A stretch of 63,895 nt of DNA, filler included, from Trypethelium eluteriae (taxonomy: Eukaryota): assembly GCA_051942245.1 (NCBI GenBank). It is 2 parts of 2 records of this genome, joined end to end, with 100 filler letters (N's around TTAATTAATTAA, not from the genome) between each part and the next. Parts side by side here need not be neighbours in the genome. Positions count along the whole stretch, not along the records: positions 32,033 to 63,895 come from JAVECL010000267.1; 1 more part is not named here. One strand, given 5' to 3'. Numbering within the stretch: the stretch's first letter is position 1; each line of letters begins with the position of its first letter. The translations under genes were made by a program, and so were the position numbers. Positions 60,209-63,895 of this stretch are shown piece after piece. The notes under the pieces were generated by a model, which saw only the letters and a list, made by a program, of their open reading frames with translations, ran no database searches and was not told the origin of the DNA.

Positions 60209-62186
60209 CTATCTCCCAGGTCGATAGTAGTCGGCAGTGCTATGGCGGCCCTCCCTCTCCACAGAATCAGCAGATGTACGCTCCAGAGGGATATCGCGGA
60301 ATTTCTCCTTATTAGCAAGGACGAAAGGTCGTAGTTTGTCCTCGAGTGCCTTACGCAAATAGATGTTATTGACTCTTTGATCGCCGAAAAGACCAGCCAG
60401 ACTTGTGTCTGGTACGAAAGCAACAAATTCACGGGGAGAAGCCCGACGGCCCACATTCGCGACTATCGTACGCACAACCTTACGTCGATCTTCGAAGGTC
60501 ACTGGACGCTCTCGATGCCAAAGCGTATCTACAATTGGTGTTTGGCTAGTAGTATTAGTCACTGGAGGCGATCTAGCCAAAGACTTTTCTTCGGATGAGT
60601 GGGACGAGTTTGTTTCCGTCTTCGATTTCGGTGTCGATTCCGATAACCGGATCGGTGGTCCATATGGACTGGCGGCGTATTCGCAAAGGTGATGTGCGTA
60701 CATGCAATCTTCATCTCTCCGCTTACAAAACCCGTCCCTGTACCTTGGATTGAAATTAGTATGAGTACTTGAAATTGGCTACAACCCGTTTTATGAATTA
60801 CCAAAATAAACATGTCATCTCCCTGGATACTAAACGATGCCATGCCGAAGCGGCGTCTTCACCTCGGATAGTACTGGCTTCTTCGTGATCACCAGGCAAA
60901 GAATCTGCTGGCGACCCGCCTGGAAATGTGGAGGGGTCCTTGTGATTTAAAGAATTCGGTCTTGCCAAAGCTTCACCATTCTCTGTTTTAGTCTTGAGCA
61001 TCATTGGTGGGGTATTTTCAGTCTGCTTTGAAATGGACGGAGCGAGATGAGGAGTAGAAATGCTTCCTTTGGAATGCCGGTCTTTGCCATTCTCTGCCTT
61101 TTCTGGTCCTTCCGCAAGAGGCTGTTTGAAAACTTCATTCGCGATAAAATCCCCAGGTTCTTTCTTAAGCATGGGCGTCACCTGCTTACCCTGATTGGAG
61201 TCCTGTCTTTCGTCACTCTTTTTTCTCTCACTTGTCCTTCTGAACCTGGTCACGAACGGAGATGTTGCGCTGGTCTTGACAAGTTTTCGCTGACTTTGAC
61301 TCGAGGTCGCGTGGATTGAAAATGAAGGTGGTCTTACTCCCAGTTCGGATGCAGCTGACAGGACGTCCGCCGTCTCTGTCGATGCTGCCGTCAACGCATT
61401 CTTTGCAGAACCGTCTAGCGGCTGTTCCTTGACGGATGGACCCTCGTTACGCTTTGAGTCTGGGTTAACAAATGACATTGACGGTAAGACTGTCTCATCT
61501 TTCGAAGAAATACCGGCTAGCGAATCGTTCTTCTGAGACCCGAAAGCCGGAAGATGGACATCTTGGGGCGAATTCCCAGGAACTTGAGTTTTATGACCAA
61601 AAGCCGTCCTCTGGTAGGTCTCTTTAGGGTCTTTGGGCAGTGCGATGGAGTTCTGGGGTTGCCCGGAGTCCTTAGACATCAGACTCATGAAAAGTTCTTC
61701 TCGGCTAACATGGGTAGACTTCCCTTGCGAAGAGATAAATACGTCGGTCATGGCGATAATTCCAGCACTGAGGTCTTGCACCGTCGGAGTCCGGCTTCCA
61801 ATTTGCTTGAGCGTGACCTCATCTACGATCACCTGTAAAAGCCTTTGGGCGGTTGCAATTCTACCATGCTCCACACCATGGCTCCCGAGTCGTACGAGAA
61901 TGTCTTGTGCAACCGTTGCGTCTAGGTCTTTTTGGCCTGTTGAGAGATTCACGATATCCTGCAGAGTCTGTTTAAAGATACCTAGCTCGAACGGTAAATG
62001 AAGAAGAACCTTAAATTTATCCGCGAGCTGTTGTTCATCGTGGTTGACTGTCAGATTCGGATCCGGAGGGGCGGGGAAGAGCCGTGGGCGCACATCACGA
62101 GCTCCATTCGGAGTTGGCTTCGTTGGTGGTGTTTTGCGTTTGATACTCACTGGGCTAGATTCGCCCTCAGCGAGTCCGCCTGGCAT
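60209..62186 (-). CDS. CCCH zinc-finger protein (2 exons; upstream exons possible)
   Basis: Removing intron 60801-60744 joins two ORFs in frame and creates TCLFWYRDGFCKRRDEDCMYAH (C-x8-C-x6-C-x3-H). Confidence 0.78.
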
Positions 62187-63832
62187 CTATAGGAGCGCTT
62201 GGAAATTTGATGTAGGTTTTGGGAAGTACTTTTCGTTTGCAACATCTGGTGAGATTTTGTGAATATAGAGACAGATCAATGAAAGAAATCTAGACCGCAT
62301 AAGTACCGTAGAAAAAGCTATTGGCGGTGTATGTGCTTGGCTCGGTGCAGATACAGCAACGGTAGAGGAATATCTTGAGTCGCGTGCATTAGGGTGACGG
62401 GCCGACGGGGCCCTGCAGTCATTAGAGTAAGGCACTAAACAGTGCGGCAAAGCCTAAATCTTTTCAAAAACAAAGCAAAAAAAGAAATAAAAAAAAGACA
62501 CTCACCAAACTGCATCTGACAGCTAGCGTGCGATACAATAGGCACGTCTATTCAGATGATCCGTTTGAGGACGATTACAGCTCCACATGTTGAAAAGCGC
62601 CCTCAAAGCTTCGACTATGGGCCGACGGGCAGAACTGTATCTGTTTCATGAAAATTACCCGATGTTTAGAGGGCTTCGCTTCTCCACTATAACCACCAAC
62701 GGACCTGCGTCTTCCTACAACTCTTTTCGAAAAAGAACAAGCCATCATTGAAAACCGCCTTCCCATTCGCATACACTCATGACGGAATGAATGACTTTCT
62801 TCGAAGCAGTGGATCGTTCCACAGAGCAGACTGTATCCTCGAAGCCCGTAAAGTAACGGCCTCAAGATTCAGATTTTGTTGCCCCAAATGTTGGCACAAT
62901 CAGGTCTGATTAAGTCACGAGAAGATTGTTCCTGCGGCGTGGCGAAGAACACAACACCCTATTGTTCTCTCCGTGGTTAGAATGGTTACGCAAAGAAATT
63001 TTTACTTGGCTCCATGGTTAAAGTAGGATGGTAGTAGACCTTTAAAGTGGGAGAGACCTCGTTGGTGCCCTGCGTCCGATATGAAGACTGACCAAGCGAT
63101 GCGCATAAGGACCTCGACAAATCAAAACAGCAGGATTTTCTCCACATTTTCCATAGATTTCCTCGTCAAGCAGCGACTGACTGGGTAGGTACCCAAGGTG
63201 AGCTAGCCCCGGCCGAGCCCTAGGATTCTTGCATCCTGGCTTAGTCCAGCCTACCACACAACTGAATAGGACCAACAAATGATGTCCCACAAGAGTTTAC
63301 GAAGTGCAAATCGCTGCAAGAGGGAGCACATACGCTGATAGCTTATGGAGTAGGATGTCGATTTGCGATGAACTAGCGAGGTTTTGCCGAGTACCGTAGT
63401 TGGATGAGACCAACCCTTTTTGAACGTCAGGCGTGCAACTCGCGTTGATCCACCTGACATCATACATGCATACGACTGATCGGCTAAAAGGATTTACGTG
63501 CCTCTCTTCCAGTCCACAGCACCAACTCCAGTTCCACTATGATCTCGGATAAAGTGTACTAATTAATCTGGTCTGATTACTGTGATTTCCATTCATCACT
63601 TTATACATGGACTCATCAGATGTCCTGCAGATTCATTAGCTAAGTAAACACTCGTATCCCGGTGGATCACCACTGAGCCAAGATCGTAAGGTATGCTTGA
63701 CATTGCTAAACTCGTGATTCGACCTCGACAACTCCATTCCCCGCCTTTTTCTTAAGTACTCCAATTCCCAATAACCTCCCAGCAACTTCCTGGACTCTCT
63801 CTCAACCACCAACAGCACCACATCCACCAAGC

Positions 63833-63895
63833 ATGGCCGACCCCGAACCGACCTACCTCAACACCCTCCGCCTCATCCCCAAACTCCCCTTCCTC
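63833..63895 (+). CDS. Probable start of a gene running off the window
   Basis: AGCATGG start after a CA-rich leader; MADPEPTYLNTLRLIPKLPFL with C-ending codon bias. Confidence 0.5.
   Translation, partial: MADPEPTYLNTLRLIPKLPFL

Overview
Filamentous-ascomycete (Pezizomycotina-type) genomic DNA with short GT-AG introns, about 24 protein-coding loci and one artificial assembly gap (31933-32032). Core genes: WD40/MORG1-like, CASTOR-type ACT protein, DUF4748, SSL2/XPB, GH79, GLY1, PSO2/SNM1, LSM2, a SAM methyltransferase and a CCCH zinc-finger protein. Accessory material: a cytosolic trypsin-like protease next to a hairpin MITE, an MFS/DapA-like aldolase/NmrA trio, a HET gene with two in-frame stops, a P450, and an AT-rich TE island (solo LTR, deleted Tc1 element, MITE). 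The top observations are non-coding. (1) A complete tRNA-Thr(CGT) is interrupted at position 26/27 by a 51-nt insert carrying spliceosomal signals (GTAAGA...GCTAAG...TAG) rather than a canonical 37/38 tRNA intron. (2) A highly structured 46.6-47.8 kb region with no convincing gene contains five copies of a covarying bulged-hairpin motif. (3) An unassigned ~210-nt Pol III-like structured RNA lies downstream of LSM2. (4) A telomerase-RNA candidate lies at ~1.1-2.4 kb. All structures were paired by eye and no database searches were run.
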